A stretch of 64,000 nt of DNA from Magnetococcales bacterium (lineage in GTDB: Bacteria; Pseudomonadota; Magnetococcia; Magnetococcales; JADGCH01): the NCBI GenBank assembly GCA_015229115.1, contig JADGCH010000007.1, forward strand, positions 3,315 through 67,314. The letters run 5' to 3'. Shown in pieces: positions 36,081 through 45,399 of the stretch; the first letter of the stretch is position 1, and each line of letters opens with the position of its first letter. A program made the position numbers and the translations under genes. Under the pieces are notes generated by a model. That model had not been told where the DNA came from. It made no database searches and saw only the letters and a list, made by a program, of their open reading frames with translations.

Positions 36081-37541
36081 ATGAAAAAGAAACCTTCTGA
36101 CCAGCTGGTGATCGAACTCGATGGCCGTACGGTGGTTTTTGATGGCCGTAAGGTAGAAGCGGTCGATGATATCGGTACCATCCGAGGCAGCAAGTGGGTC
36201 GTCACCGACTTTCGCGACAGCGTCCCTCGCTTTATGAAGATCGACGCTCCTGTCAAGTTCGCCGAGACGCTGTTGCAACGGCGTTTGCAGGAAAGCGGCG
36301 AAACAACGGATCAGGCGCGCATTGTCACCCACTCCAAAAGGGCCCTCAACAAGCAGTCGACCGAGCTGTTTTTTACGGCTGTCGATGCTGAACTGGCTGA
36401 TAGCTATAACCTGCGCAGCATCAGCGATGCCGATCACCAGCTGGTTTTTGCCAGCAACAGCGTTTTGTTGGCCTGTTTACGTCAGTTTGCCGGTACCAGA
36501 CTCACCCTTGTCATTCTTGAACACGATCGTCATGCCGACTACCTGATTGGGCGTCAGCGCCAGTTGTTGGCTGCTGGACGTGTATCGACTTACGATGCCA
36601 CAGCACGCCACTCCCTCGGTGGTGCCATGACCGAGGAGCTGCGTCGCCTCGGTAGTGGCGCATCGCCCATACGGGTCGAACAGGTGGTCCATCTTAACTG
36701 GCTGGTTGGCCAGGCCGCTGTCGATCTCACTTCGACCCAGGCGGCCCGCAGGGGACTGTCCGATACACAGAACCTGACAGGGAACCTCACCGGTGGTCCA
36801 GATCAGAAAAATACCGGTTGGGCCACCGGTACCAAACAGGACGCCCTGCTCACCAGCCACGAAATGGAACAGGTCTCTTCGGAGTGGGTCGCTCAGATCG
36901 CCAAAGAACTTCAGGCCGACTATCAAGCCCTGCCTCCGCGCCGTTTTGACCTTGGTGAGGAATTTATTTTTACCTCCCTGCCAGATGCCATTACGACCTA
37001 TCTGCAGGACGGTGATAGTTGCTCGCCACCCTTGTCGCGCTTCCAGTACCTGTCGCAGCGACTGGTACCTGCGGCTGTTTTTATCACTTGGGGCCTGGTC
37101 ATTCTGTTGCTGTGGGGTAACCTGCTGGTCCAGCAGCAGATTGATGAAGTCGAGGCAGAGCAGACACGACTGCGATCAACCACCGTTAATGTCACCAATC
37201 CGGAGTTCGTTGCAACGGAACGGGTCAGCACCATTCAGTTTATCAAGCAGCTGGCCCAACTGTGGGACATGCCATCGGTCAACCAGATTCTGGCCGAGCT
37301 GTCGCAGGCCAAACAGGATGAGCTGTTCCTGGATCGGGTACTGTTTGAATTCAGCGACCAGGGTCAACCTACCTTAACCCTGGTTGGCCGGCAGCTGGCC
37401 CGGTTTGAACAGGCCAGCCAGCAGTATCACAGTTTTCTGTCCGTTCTGCAAAGTCGCAACTTTCGCCTGCTGGAAAACAGCTCTTCGGCCGATATCAATG
37501 AGTTGCGGTTCACTGCCAAACTGGTGTGGGAAAAGCCATGA
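36081..37541 (+). CDS. hypothetical protein with PilM-PilN (MshI-like) fusion architecture (486 aa)
   Basis: A roughly 330-aa cytoplasmic N-terminal part has a degenerate actin-like start (LVIELDGRTVVF). It is followed by one TM segment (AAVFITWGLVILLLWGNLLV), a coiled coil (QQQIDEVEAEQTRL) and a roughly 120-aa periplasmic domain. This is an inference from architecture. Confidence 0.5.
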   Translation: MKKKPSDQLVIELDGRTVVFDGRKVEAVDDIGTIRGSKWVVTDFRDSVPRFMKIDAPVKFAETLLQRRLQESGETTDQARIVTHSKRALNKQSTELFFTAVDAELADSYNLRSISDADHQLVFASNSVLLACLRQFAGTRLTLVILEHDRHADYLIGRQRQLLAAGRVSTYDATARHSLGGAMTEELRRLGSGASPIRVEQVVHLNWLVGQAAVDLTSTQAARRGLSDTQNLTGNLTGGPDQKNTGWATGTKQDALLTSHEMEQVSSEWVAQIAKELQADYQALPPRRFDLGEEFIFTSLPDAITTYLQDGDSCSPPLSRFQYLSQRLVPAAVFITWGLVILLLWGNLLVQQQIDEVEAEQTRLRSTTVNVTNPEFVATERVSTIQFIKQLAQLWDMPSVNQILAELSQAKQDELFLDRVLFEFSDQGQPTLTLVGRQLARFEQASQQYHSFLSVLQSRNFRLLENSSSADINELRFTAKLVWEKP

Positions 37542-38269
37542 GACAAAAACAGCTTGGTCTGATTTCAGTAACCTTACTGCTTGGTTCCTGGATAGCCACT
37601 GCTGGCTATTTCGGCTGGCAACATAACCTATCGGACCAGACCAGAAAGATGGCCCAGCTGCGGTTGCGTCAGCAAGAACAATCAAAACCTGATGCAGCCA
37701 ACAAGAGGCCTGAGATCCCTGCCATTGATGCCTCCATCCGCGATATCATCGCCCGGTTGCAACCACGCATGCGGGAACTGCGTCAGCCACGTCAGGAGAG
37801 CGCGGAGCCCATCAAGATGGAAATGCTGGGTTTTTCCGATCAGGCGTTGATGCAGGAAATGGTTGCCGCCAAGGCCACCGTCGATCAGTTCAAGGCCCAG
37901 GTGATCATCTCCATGACCTTTCTGTCAGGAGATTATCGTATGGCTGTCATCAATGGCCGCCTCTATCGCGAGGGAGAGACGCTGGAGGGGTCCAATCATG
38001 CCCAGATCCATACCATCACACCGGACAAGGTGTTGCTGGCTAGCCGTGACATGCGGCAGTGGATAGAGGTCAGTAACAGTGCCAGCGTCATCACTTCCAA
38101 TAAGGACACGGCCACTAACGCTGCACCTCAACAGGACAAGACCTCCCAACAACCGGCCCAGGGTAGTGGCGCTGCTGCGCCAGCATCCGCTGCCAACACC
38201 GTTGAAGACATCAAAAAAGCCCAGAGTGCTGTGTCCGATGTACTCAAGGAACTGAAGGGTGGTCGTTAG
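37538..38269 (+). CDS. hypothetical bitopic protein with PilP/GspB/MshK-like C-terminal motif (243 aa)
   Basis: ATGA overlap with the upstream stop, so the ORF-track GTG at 37526 is probably too early. There is one TM segment (LGLISVTLLLGSWIATAGYF). The motif YRMAVINGRLYREGETLEGSNHAQIHTITPDKVLLAS resembles the GspB/MshK/PilP beta-domain pattern as I remember it. The tail is Ala/Gln-rich. Confidence 0.5.
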   Translation: MRQKQLGLISVTLLLGSWIATAGYFGWQHNLSDQTRKMAQLRLRQQEQSKPDAANKRPEIPAIDASIRDIIARLQPRMRELRQPRQESAEPIKMEMLGFSDQALMQEMVAAKATVDQFKAQVIISMTFLSGDYRMAVINGRLYREGETLEGSNHAQIHTITPDKVLLASRDMRQWIEVSNSASVITSNKDTATNAAPQQDKTSQQPAQGSGAAAPASAANTVEDIKKAQSAVSDVLKELKGGR

Positions 38270-39488
38270 GCGTTTGACGCATTAACACAACCAGAATCAG
38301 CACCCCTGGCAGGGCGGCAATGGTAGTCAGTATAAAGAACAGCGGCCATCCCAGCCATTCGACCAGTAATCCGGCCGAAGAGGCTAGCACGGTGCGACCA
38401 AAGGCCGTCAGTGACGAGAGCAGGGCATACTGGGTGGCGGTGTAAGCGGTGTGGCAAAGCGATGACAGGTAGGCTACCAAGGCTGCGCTGCCCATGCCTC
38501 CGGTCAGGTTTTCAATGGCGATGGTCATCACCAACAGCTCGCTGTCCCGTCCCGTCCATGCCAATAGGGTAAACATCAGGTTGGAACCCATCTGCGCCAC
38601 ACCACACCACAGCATGGCTGCCACAACGCCACTGCGATGCACCAACCATCCCCCCAACATGGAACCCAACAGGGTTGCTGCCAGACCGAACAGTTTGGTA
38701 ACGTTAGCAATTTCGACCTTGGAGAAGCCCAGATCGACCAGTAGCGGAGCTGTCATCACCCCCGCCAGCGCATCTCCCAGCTTGTAACACAAAATCAGCA
38801 GTACCATCCAGACCCAGCCCGAACGCTGGATCAGGTTGCGCAAAGGCTGCACGATCATGGTATCCATGGACGGACCTGCCTGTTGTAGCGGTGGTTCCGG
38901 TGGTTCCGGACCATACCAGCTGGCTATCAATCCGATGATCATGGTAGCTGCCATGATGGCGTAGGTAGCCGACCAGCCCAGGCTGGTAGCCAGATAGAGT
39001 GCCCCAGCACCGGAAATCAGCATCCCTAGCCGGTACCCAAACACAAAGGTGGCAGCCCCGGCCCCATATTGGTGCGGCTGCAGGATTTCAATCCGATAGG
39101 CATCCAGCACAATATCCTGACTGGCTGAACAAAAGGCGGTCAACAAGGCAGCCACCGCCGTCAGCAAGGGTTGCTGGTCCGGGGGAATCCACCCCATCAC
39201 CAGCAGGGCCAGCATAACACTGATCTGGGTCGCCACCATCCAGCTACGACGACGGCCAAGCCAGCGGCTCAGCCCGGGCAGGCGAACATGATCGATCCAG
39301 GGCGCCCACAGGAATTTGAGCGTATAGGGCAGCCCCGTCAAAGCAAACAGGCCGATGGTCGATTTGTCAACACCCGCCTCGGTCAACCAGATGGCCAGGG
39401 TACTGGCGATCAGGGCCAGTGGTAAACCACTGGCCAAGCCCAGTGGCCACAGCAACAACAGACGTGGATGGGTATAGAGATGCCACAC
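38244..39488 (-). CDS. ampG: AmpG-family MFS permease (muropeptide transporter)
   Basis: The sequence LLLWPLGLASGLPLALIASTLAIWLTEAGVDKSTIGLFALTGLPYTLKFLWAPWIDHV...LGRRRSWM is typical of AmpG. I count about 12-14 TM segments. Confidence 0.85.
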   Translation of the reverse strand: MWHLYTHPRLLLLWPLGLASGLPLALIASTLAIWLTEAGVDKSTIGLFALTGLPYTLKFLWAPWIDHVRLPGLSRWLGRRRSWMVATQISVMLALLVMGWIPPDQQPLLTAVAALLTAFCSASQDIVLDAYRIEILQPHQYGAGAATFVFGYRLGMLISGAGALYLATSLGWSATYAIMAATMIIGLIASWYGPEPPEPPLQQAGPSMDTMIVQPLRNLIQRSGWVWMVLLILCYKLGDALAGVMTAPLLVDLGFSKVEIANVTKLFGLAATLLGSMLGGWLVHRSGVVAAMLWCGVAQMGSNLMFTLLAWTGRDSELLVMTIAIENLTGGMGSAALVAYLSSLCHTAYTATQYALLSSLTAFGRTVLASSAGLLVEWLGWPLFFILTTIAALPGVLILVVLMRQTPNDHPSVP

Positions 39489-39501
39489 GACTGGCTATCT
39501 C

Positions 39502-40521
39502 CTAGCGATCAACAGGGTCATCGACACAGTAGAGCACCTTGGCAGCTGCCCCAGGCCTTTCTCGTACCAGCCGTGGTACGCCGTAGCCAGGCAGATCGGC
39601 CTGCATCTGTGCCAGCAATTGGCGCGCATGCTGTTCTGGCACGGCAAAATGGCCGGCTCCAGTGACCGGATCGAGTAGATGGAGATAATAAGGCAGAATC
39701 CGCAACGTCAGCAGCTGTTCACTCAAGGCCACCAGCACTGAGCGATCATCGTTGACACCGCGCAGCAGTACCGACTGATTCAGCAGCAACAGGCCACAAT
39801 CGGCCAGCTTAGCCAAGGTATAACGGGCTGATTCGGTCAATTCTCGCCCATGATTAACGTGCAAAACCATGAAGGTCCTGATGCGCTCATGACCAGTGAT
39901 AGAGGATAGCCAGCCCAGCAAATCGGCATCGACACGCTCAGGCCATACCACTGGAACACGGCTATGGATGCGGATGCGGCCCACGTGCGGGATGGCAGAC
40001 AGGGCTTCTGTCAGCTGTATCAGCAAACGATTGGGTACCATCAGGGGGTCACCACCGGAGAGAATCACTTCCTGAATCGAGCTATCACAGGCAATGTAAC
40101 GCAGCGCCGGTTGCCACTGCTCCAGAGTATGGGGCAGTGGCGCTGACGTGGTTCGGGTCTGACGGCGGAAACAGTAGCGACAATGAACAGCGCAGGCCTG
40201 TGTCAGCAACAACAACACCCGACCCCGATATTTATGGATCAGGCCTGGCAATGGCGTGGCCGACTGCTCTGCCAATGGATCATCCTGACAAGCCTGATCA
40301 TCAACCAGCTCAGCAGCCGTGGGCAAAAACTGGCGCCGCAACGGATCGTTCTCATCCTGCCAATGAACGGCCTCAGCCAATTTCTGCGGCATCAAAAAGG
40401 GAAACTGCTGCAACCGGCGCTGTTCCTCCCGCGACCAGGCCCCTGCTATCTCAACAGGCGGATGCAGCAAAAATCGTGATGGCGGCAAACAGGTCAAATA
40501 GTCCATATTTCTTCCTATCAT
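39502..40521 (-). CDS. epmB: EF-P beta-lysylation protein EpmB (lysine 2,3-aminomutase / KamA family radical SAM)
   Basis: The sequence DPLRRQFLPTAAEL...DPLAEQSATPLPGLIHKYRGRVLLLLTQACAVHCRYCFRRQ contains the CxxxCxxC radical-SAM motif and closely parallels E. coli EpmB. The stop lies 13 nt upstream of the ampG start. Confidence 0.8.
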   Translation of the reverse strand: MIGRNMDYLTCLPPSRFLLHPPVEIAGAWSREEQRRLQQFPFLMPQKLAEAVHWQDENDPLRRQFLPTAAELVDDQACQDDPLAEQSATPLPGLIHKYRGRVLLLLTQACAVHCRYCFRRQTRTTSAPLPHTLEQWQPALRYIACDSSIQEVILSGGDPLMVPNRLLIQLTEALSAIPHVGRIRIHSRVPVVWPERVDADLLGWLSSITGHERIRTFMVLHVNHGRELTESARYTLAKLADCGLLLLNQSVLLRGVNDDRSVLVALSEQLLTLRILPYYLHLLDPVTGAGHFAVPEQHARQLLAQMQADLPGYGVPRLVRERPGAAAKVLYCVDDPVDR

Positions 40522-40595
40522 AGATCAGGAAATCATATTATCATGGATGGCTGTTGACCGACACCCTGTTCCAACCAATTCGTTGAAGAGTTGCC

Positions 40596-42602
40596 ATGGG
40601 CCTACCTCTCCTGGTTCTGGTTATCGATGACAATGCCGTCGAAGGAGCCTTGCTCTCGGGTCTGCTCAAGAAGCTGACACGCTGGGAGATCAGTCCTGTT
40701 GTCCACACCAATGGTACCCGTGCCATGGAATGGCTGGGGTCCCATCAACCCGATCTGGTTTTCATGGACTATATGCTTGGCCATGAAAGCGGCACCACGA
40801 TCATCCGCCAGATGAAACAACAGGGCTGCCAAGCCGGGTTCATCCTGTTCACCGGACTGGAAGGAGAAGAGGCCATCGTTGAGGCTCTGCGCGCTGGTGC
40901 TGACGATTACCTGCGCAAAACAGAACTGAACATCGAGACCCTGAGCCGCTCGATCCACCACTCGCTGGAACGCGTCAACGCCGATCAGATGCTGCGCAAG
41001 ACCATGCAGTCGTTGCAGCAAGCCAAGAAAGATCTGGAACAGCGGGTGATGCAGCGGACCCAGGAACTATCCGAAGCGCACGAACAGCTCAACATCATCA
41101 CCTCATCGGCCCGTGATGCCATCGTCATGCTAGACCCAGACAGTCGCATCATTTTCTGGAATCCAGCCGCCGAGCGGGTATTCGGTTTTGCGTCCGAAGA
41201 TGTCATTGGTCATGAGATCAACTATATCCTGGACCCCGCCACCCATACCATTACCCTGGAACACCGTTCATCCCTGTCCGATAGCTACGGTTCTTCCCTG
41301 TTGGACACCCTGGTCACCCTGGCCACGTCGCAGCCGCCCCAGACAGTCGTACATTCTCCTCATCACCACCAAACGCCCAGCATGGTGATTGAAGCCACGG
41401 CGACCCACAAGCAGCGTGAACGCTTTCCAGTTGAAGGCTCTTTTTCCGCGGTACGGTTACGCGATGCCTGGTACGCCGTTGGCATCCTACGCGATATTAC
41501 CCAGCGCAAAGCGCACGATTATGCCTTGCAGCGCGCTAAGGAAGAGGCGGAAGAGGCCACCCGTCTCAAGGACAAATTTGTCTCGTTGGTGGTGCACGAC
41601 CTGCGGGGCCCTTTTACCACTATCCTGGGTTTTCTGGAACTGCTCGAGAGTGATCGCAAAAATCCACTCAGCAAACGGCAGAAATCGTTCCTGGACTGGA
41701 TCACCGAAAGCAGCAAGAAGATGCTGCAGATCATTGATGAATTGCTGAACATCAGTCGATTGAAGACCGGGAAAATCGTACCGATACCCCGTTTTTTCGA
41801 TAGCCGTGTTGTCATCGGCCAGACACTGGAAAGTCTGACGCCACCGGCTACCAACAAGAAAATTCAGCTGGTCAACACCATACCGGATGGTGTTCGTCTC
41901 TATGCCGACCCGGCCCTGTTCAACCAGGTGATCCACAATCTGATTTCCAATGCCATCAAATTCAGCCATCCTGGACATAAAATCACCATCCATATACCCG
42001 AAAACGAGATGGCGACCGTTGCCGTCAGCGACACCGGTACCGGTATTGCTCCGGAACGCCTTGGCAAGCTGTTTCTGCTGGAGGAAAAAACATCGACCCC
42101 TGGAACAGCCGGAGAACACGGTACCGGATTTGGTTTGCCCCTGAGCCTTGATCTGGTCAAGGCTCATCAGGGCACGATTGATGTGGTTTCCACTCCTGGT
42201 GAAGGGAGCACATTCTTCGTGCGACTGCCGGAAATCATCCCGGATGTTCTGGTGGTGGATGATGATCCCGACCAGCGGCTGTTGCTGGCACGCCATCTTG
42301 GCCGCCTGAAAATGGCTGTCCATGAGGCCGAGGATGGGATTGTCGCGCTCGAAATGATCCGCAACCGTACCTATCACCTGATTATCTGTGATGTGGTGAT
42401 GCCGAAGATGAACGGCTTTACCCTGCTGAAGACAGTTCGTGAAAGCGGCGGCAATCGGCCAGTCATTCCATTCATCATGATGACAGGAGACAGCCAGCTG
42501 GAGACCCGTGAACGATCCTTCCAGACTGGAGCCGATGATTTCATTACCAAACCTATCGATCCAACCGACCTGTTGCCACGGGTAAGGCGATTTTTAGGCT
42601 GA
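40596..42602 (+). CDS. hybrid sensor histidine kinase (REC-PAS-HisKA-HATPase-REC), cytoplasmic
   Basis: The N-terminal REC domain has LVIDDN...DLVFMDYML. The PAS domain has ARDAIVMLDPDSRIIFWNPAAERVFGF. The H-box is LVVHDLRGPF and the G-boxes are SDTGTGI and GTGFGLPL. The C-terminal REC domain has VLVVDDDPD...LIICDVVMPKMNGF. Confidence 0.85.
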   Translation: MGLPLLVLVIDDNAVEGALLSGLLKKLTRWEISPVVHTNGTRAMEWLGSHQPDLVFMDYMLGHESGTTIIRQMKQQGCQAGFILFTGLEGEEAIVEALRAGADDYLRKTELNIETLSRSIHHSLERVNADQMLRKTMQSLQQAKKDLEQRVMQRTQELSEAHEQLNIITSSARDAIVMLDPDSRIIFWNPAAERVFGFASEDVIGHEINYILDPATHTITLEHRSSLSDSYGSSLLDTLVTLATSQPPQTVVHSPHHHQTPSMVIEATATHKQRERFPVEGSFSAVRLRDAWYAVGILRDITQRKAHDYALQRAKEEAEEATRLKDKFVSLVVHDLRGPFTTILGFLELLESDRKNPLSKRQKSFLDWITESSKKMLQIIDELLNISRLKTGKIVPIPRFFDSRVVIGQTLESLTPPATNKKIQLVNTIPDGVRLYADPALFNQVIHNLISNAIKFSHPGHKITIHIPENEMATVAVSDTGTGIAPERLGKLFLLEEKTSTPGTAGEHGTGFGLPLSLDLVKAHQGTIDVVSTPGEGSTFFVRLPEIIPDVLVVDDDPDQRLLLARHLGRLKMAVHEAEDGIVALEMIRNRTYHLIICDVVMPKMNGFTLLKTVRESGGNRPVIPFIMMTGDSQLETRERSFQTGADDFITKPIDPTDLLPRVRRFLG

Positions 42603-42719
42603 TATCCTGGTAATTATTTATATGGGTGATACGCTGTAAACGTAGCAATCATCATCAAAAGGGTGTACGATGGCGCCGTTTCAGGTTTTACCGAACCTTG
42701 CAATCATTGGAGGGAAGCC

Positions 42720-43295
42720 ATGTTGATTAAAAATTTACTGGCCTTTATCGGAGTCATCACGGTGCTGTCTGCCGGGTATGGTGCCATCAGACTTGCGCCG
42801 ATATTATCCGAATTCGACCCTGGCTATCAGCAGGTCTATCTCACCTTTGCCAAACGCCTGATGGCTACCAAGGATCCAGGTAGCACCATGGTCTATTCCC
42901 TACCCGTTAAAAATGGGGTATCCCTGGAAGATGTCAAGGAATCGTTGAAGAGTCTGGCGTCGGCGAAAGATTTTCTGTTTGTCGGTGAGGCTCCTTTTTA
43001 TAAACAGGTGCAGGCCGTTACCGGACAACCTTACCGTCACGTCACATTCATGTCGTTCTGTGATGCCAAGGTAGGCAAGATGATGGCCGACCATAATGAC
43101 GTCTACACGGCCTTCATGCCCTGTCGCGTCTCGATTGTTGAGGACAAGCAGGGCAAGTTGTGGCTGCACACCATGAGCCTTGACATGATGATCCACGGTG
43201 GCAAGCAATTGCCGCCGGAACTGAAGAAGGAGGCCATGCGGGTCTGGAAAGTCATCCAGGAGATCATGCAGGGAGCAGCAGCAGGAGAGATATAA
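42720..43295 (+). CDS. DUF302 domain protein with N-terminal membrane anchor or signal
   Basis: ATG 42720 is preceded by GGAGGG, so the ORF-track start at 42663 is probably too early. The DUF302-like core is FVGEAPFYKQVQAVTGQPYRHVTFMSFCDAKVGKMMADHNDVYTAFMPCRVSIVEDKQGKLWL. Confidence 0.65.
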   Translation: MLIKNLLAFIGVITVLSAGYGAIRLAPILSEFDPGYQQVYLTFAKRLMATKDPGSTMVYSLPVKNGVSLEDVKESLKSLASAKDFLFVGEAPFYKQVQAVTGQPYRHVTFMSFCDAKVGKMMADHNDVYTAFMPCRVSIVEDKQGKLWLHTMSLDMMIHGGKQLPPELKKEAMRVWKVIQEIMQGAAAGEI

Positions 43296-43374
43296 CTTAT
43301 AACCATAACCACTTGTTACCCAACCGTTACCCAGGGTATGGCCCTGATCATCACATTCTGACTGGAGGTCTGTT

Positions 43375-44004
43375 ATGCACTACGCAACAATGCGCACAGT
43401 CACCGCTGTCGCGGCTGGTCTGCTGATTGGCAGCCTATCGTTCGGCAGCACATCGGCATGGGCTGGAGCAACAGCCGAAATGCTGAGCAACACCTGTGCT
43501 GGCTGCCACGGCACCAATGGCATCTCGGCTGGACCCGGCATGCCAACCATCGCCGGCTTCCCGGCCGATCACACCAAGCAGGTCATGCAGCAGTTCAAGA
43601 ACGGCGAGCGTTTTTCAACCATCATGGGACGCATTGCCAAAGGGTACAGCGACGAAGAGATTGTCGCCATGGCCAATTTCTTTGCCAAACAGCCCTGGCA
43701 AAACGCTGTCAACAATCCCAACTCAAAGATGGCCACCGCTGTTGATGCCAAGCAGGCTGCCGCAGGCCAGAAGCTGGTGAAGCAGTGTGAAAAATGCCAT
43801 GAGGAAAATGGCCGTGCCCAGGGCGAGGGCGTACCGCGCATGGCTGGACAGTGGCTCGATTACATCCTGGTCAAAATGAAAGACTACAAGGATGCCTCCA
43901 TCAAGCCACCTATCCCACAGGAAAAGAAGATGGCTGCCCAGATCGAGAAACTGTCGCTGGATGAGCTGACCAGTATCGCCCATTTCTACGCCAGCCAGAA
44001 ATAA
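43375..44004 (+). CDS. fccA: dihaem cytochrome c subunit of flavocytochrome c sulfide dehydrogenase
   Basis: The protein has a signal peptide and two haem motifs, CAGCHG and CEKCHE. It is 209 aa and lies directly upstream of fccB. The RBS is GGAGG. Confidence 0.7.
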   Translation: MHYATMRTVTAVAAGLLIGSLSFGSTSAWAGATAEMLSNTCAGCHGTNGISAGPGMPTIAGFPADHTKQVMQQFKNGERFSTIMGRIAKGYSDEEIVAMANFFAKQPWQNAVNNPNSKMATAVDAKQAAAGQKLVKQCEKCHEENGRAQGEGVPRMAGQWLDYILVKMKDYKDASIKPPIPQEKKMAAQIEKLSLDELTSIAHFYASQK

Positions 44005-44027
44005 CCGGCAATCAGGAGACCATTCAT

Positions 44028-45323
44028 ATGTCCAAGATCATAACTGATGTAACTCGCAGGGATTTTGTCAAGCTGGCCGCCGGCAGTGCTGCGGCAGCCG
44101 CTACGCTGACCACTGGACTGCACTCCTTCCCGGCTATTGCCGAAGGCAAAAAGGGGCATGTTGTCATCATTGGTGGTGGCTACGGTGGCGCCGTGGCAGC
44201 CAAATACATCCGCATGACCAACGCCAACATCGACGTAACGCTGATCGAGAAGGAAAAGCAGTATGTTTCCTGTCCGTTGAGTAATCCGGTCATCGTCGGG
44301 CTGCGTGACATTGCGGTGCAGACCTGGAGCTACGACGGTCTGACCAAGCGAGGCGTCAAGGTCATCCACGACACCGCCACGGATATTGACCCGAATGCCA
44401 AAACGGTCAAAACCCAAGGTGGCGTGACCCTGAACTACGACAAGCTGATTGTCTCTCCCGGTATCAGCCTGAAATGGGGTGCCATCGAAGGTTACGATGA
44501 AGCCGCCAGTGAGGCGATGCCCCATGGCTGGAAGGCCGGTCCACAGACACTGGCCCTGAAGAAGATGGTAGCGGGCATGACCGATGGCGAACCCTTCATC
44601 ATCGTCGCTCCGGCCAATCCGTTCCGCTGCCCGCCCGGACCCTACGAGCGTGCCAGTCTGGTGGCGTGGTATCTGCAGAAACACAAGCCGAAATCGAAGG
44701 TCATCATTCTCGATGCCAAGGATGTTTTCTCCAAGCAAAAGCTGTTCGAGGGTGGCTGGAAGCAGCTGGGCTACAACATTGAATGGCGTAAGGGAGCCGA
44801 GGGCGGCAAGGTGACTCGCGTCGATGTCAAGGGCAAGAAGGTCATCACCGATTTTGGCGAGGAAACCAGCAGCGCCATCAACGTCATCCCACCACAACAA
44901 GCCGGCGAGATTGCCATCAAGGCTGGTTTGACCGACGACAAAGGTTGGTGCCCCATCGATCCCAGAACCTGCGAATCGACCAAGCATAAAAACATCTTTG
45001 TCATTGGTGATGCCTGCACCGCGACACCGATGCCGAAGTCAGGCTACTCTGCCAACTCCGAGGGCAAAATCGCCGCTGCAGCCATTGTGGCTGAACTGAC
45101 CGGTAACGGCGTCTACGACCCCTCCTATCTCAACACCTGCTACAGCCTGGTAGCACCCGACTATGGCATCTCGGTCGCGTTGATTGTAGCGCTGAAGGAA
45201 GGTAAGCTGACAGCCCTCTCCGAAGGAGTCTCCCCGGTCGAGGCCTCACGCGAAGTGCGCCGCCAAGAAGCCCTCTATGCTGAAAGCTGGTATCAGAGCG
45301 TCATGCTCGATACGTTGGGATAG
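44028..45323 (+). CDS. fccB: flavocytochrome c sulfide dehydrogenase, FAD-binding subunit (Tat-exported)
   Basis: The twin-arginine signal is TRRDFVKLAAG and the FAD-binding fold is HVVIIGGGYGGAVAAKYIR. Long stretches match Allochromatium FccB as I remember it (FRCPPGPYERASLVAWYL, GDACTATPMPKSGYSANSEGK, YLNTCYSLVAPDYGISVA). Confidence 0.85.
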   Translation: MSKIITDVTRRDFVKLAAGSAAAAATLTTGLHSFPAIAEGKKGHVVIIGGGYGGAVAAKYIRMTNANIDVTLIEKEKQYVSCPLSNPVIVGLRDIAVQTWSYDGLTKRGVKVIHDTATDIDPNAKTVKTQGGVTLNYDKLIVSPGISLKWGAIEGYDEAASEAMPHGWKAGPQTLALKKMVAGMTDGEPFIIVAPANPFRCPPGPYERASLVAWYLQKHKPKSKVIILDAKDVFSKQKLFEGGWKQLGYNIEWRKGAEGGKVTRVDVKGKKVITDFGEETSSAINVIPPQQAGEIAIKAGLTDDKGWCPIDPRTCESTKHKNIFVIGDACTATPMPKSGYSANSEGKIAAAAIVAELTGNGVYDPSYLNTCYSLVAPDYGISVALIVALKEGKLTALSEGVSPVEASREVRRQEALYAESWYQSVMLDTLG

Positions 45324-45338
45324 ATTATCCGGTATGTA

Positions 45339-45395
45339 ACCTCACCCACCTGGCCTCCTTCTCCATCAATGGCGAGGGAGGGAGGGGGGTGAGGT
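45339..45395. terminator. long imperfect GC-rich hairpin between convergent fccB and the aldehyde dehydrogenase gene
   Basis: ACCTCACCC (45339-45347) pairs with GGGTGAGGT (45387-45395). The inner CCTCC/GGAGG-rich arms pair only partly. There is no clear U tract on either strand. Confidence 0.35.
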
Positions 45396-45399
45396 CTCT

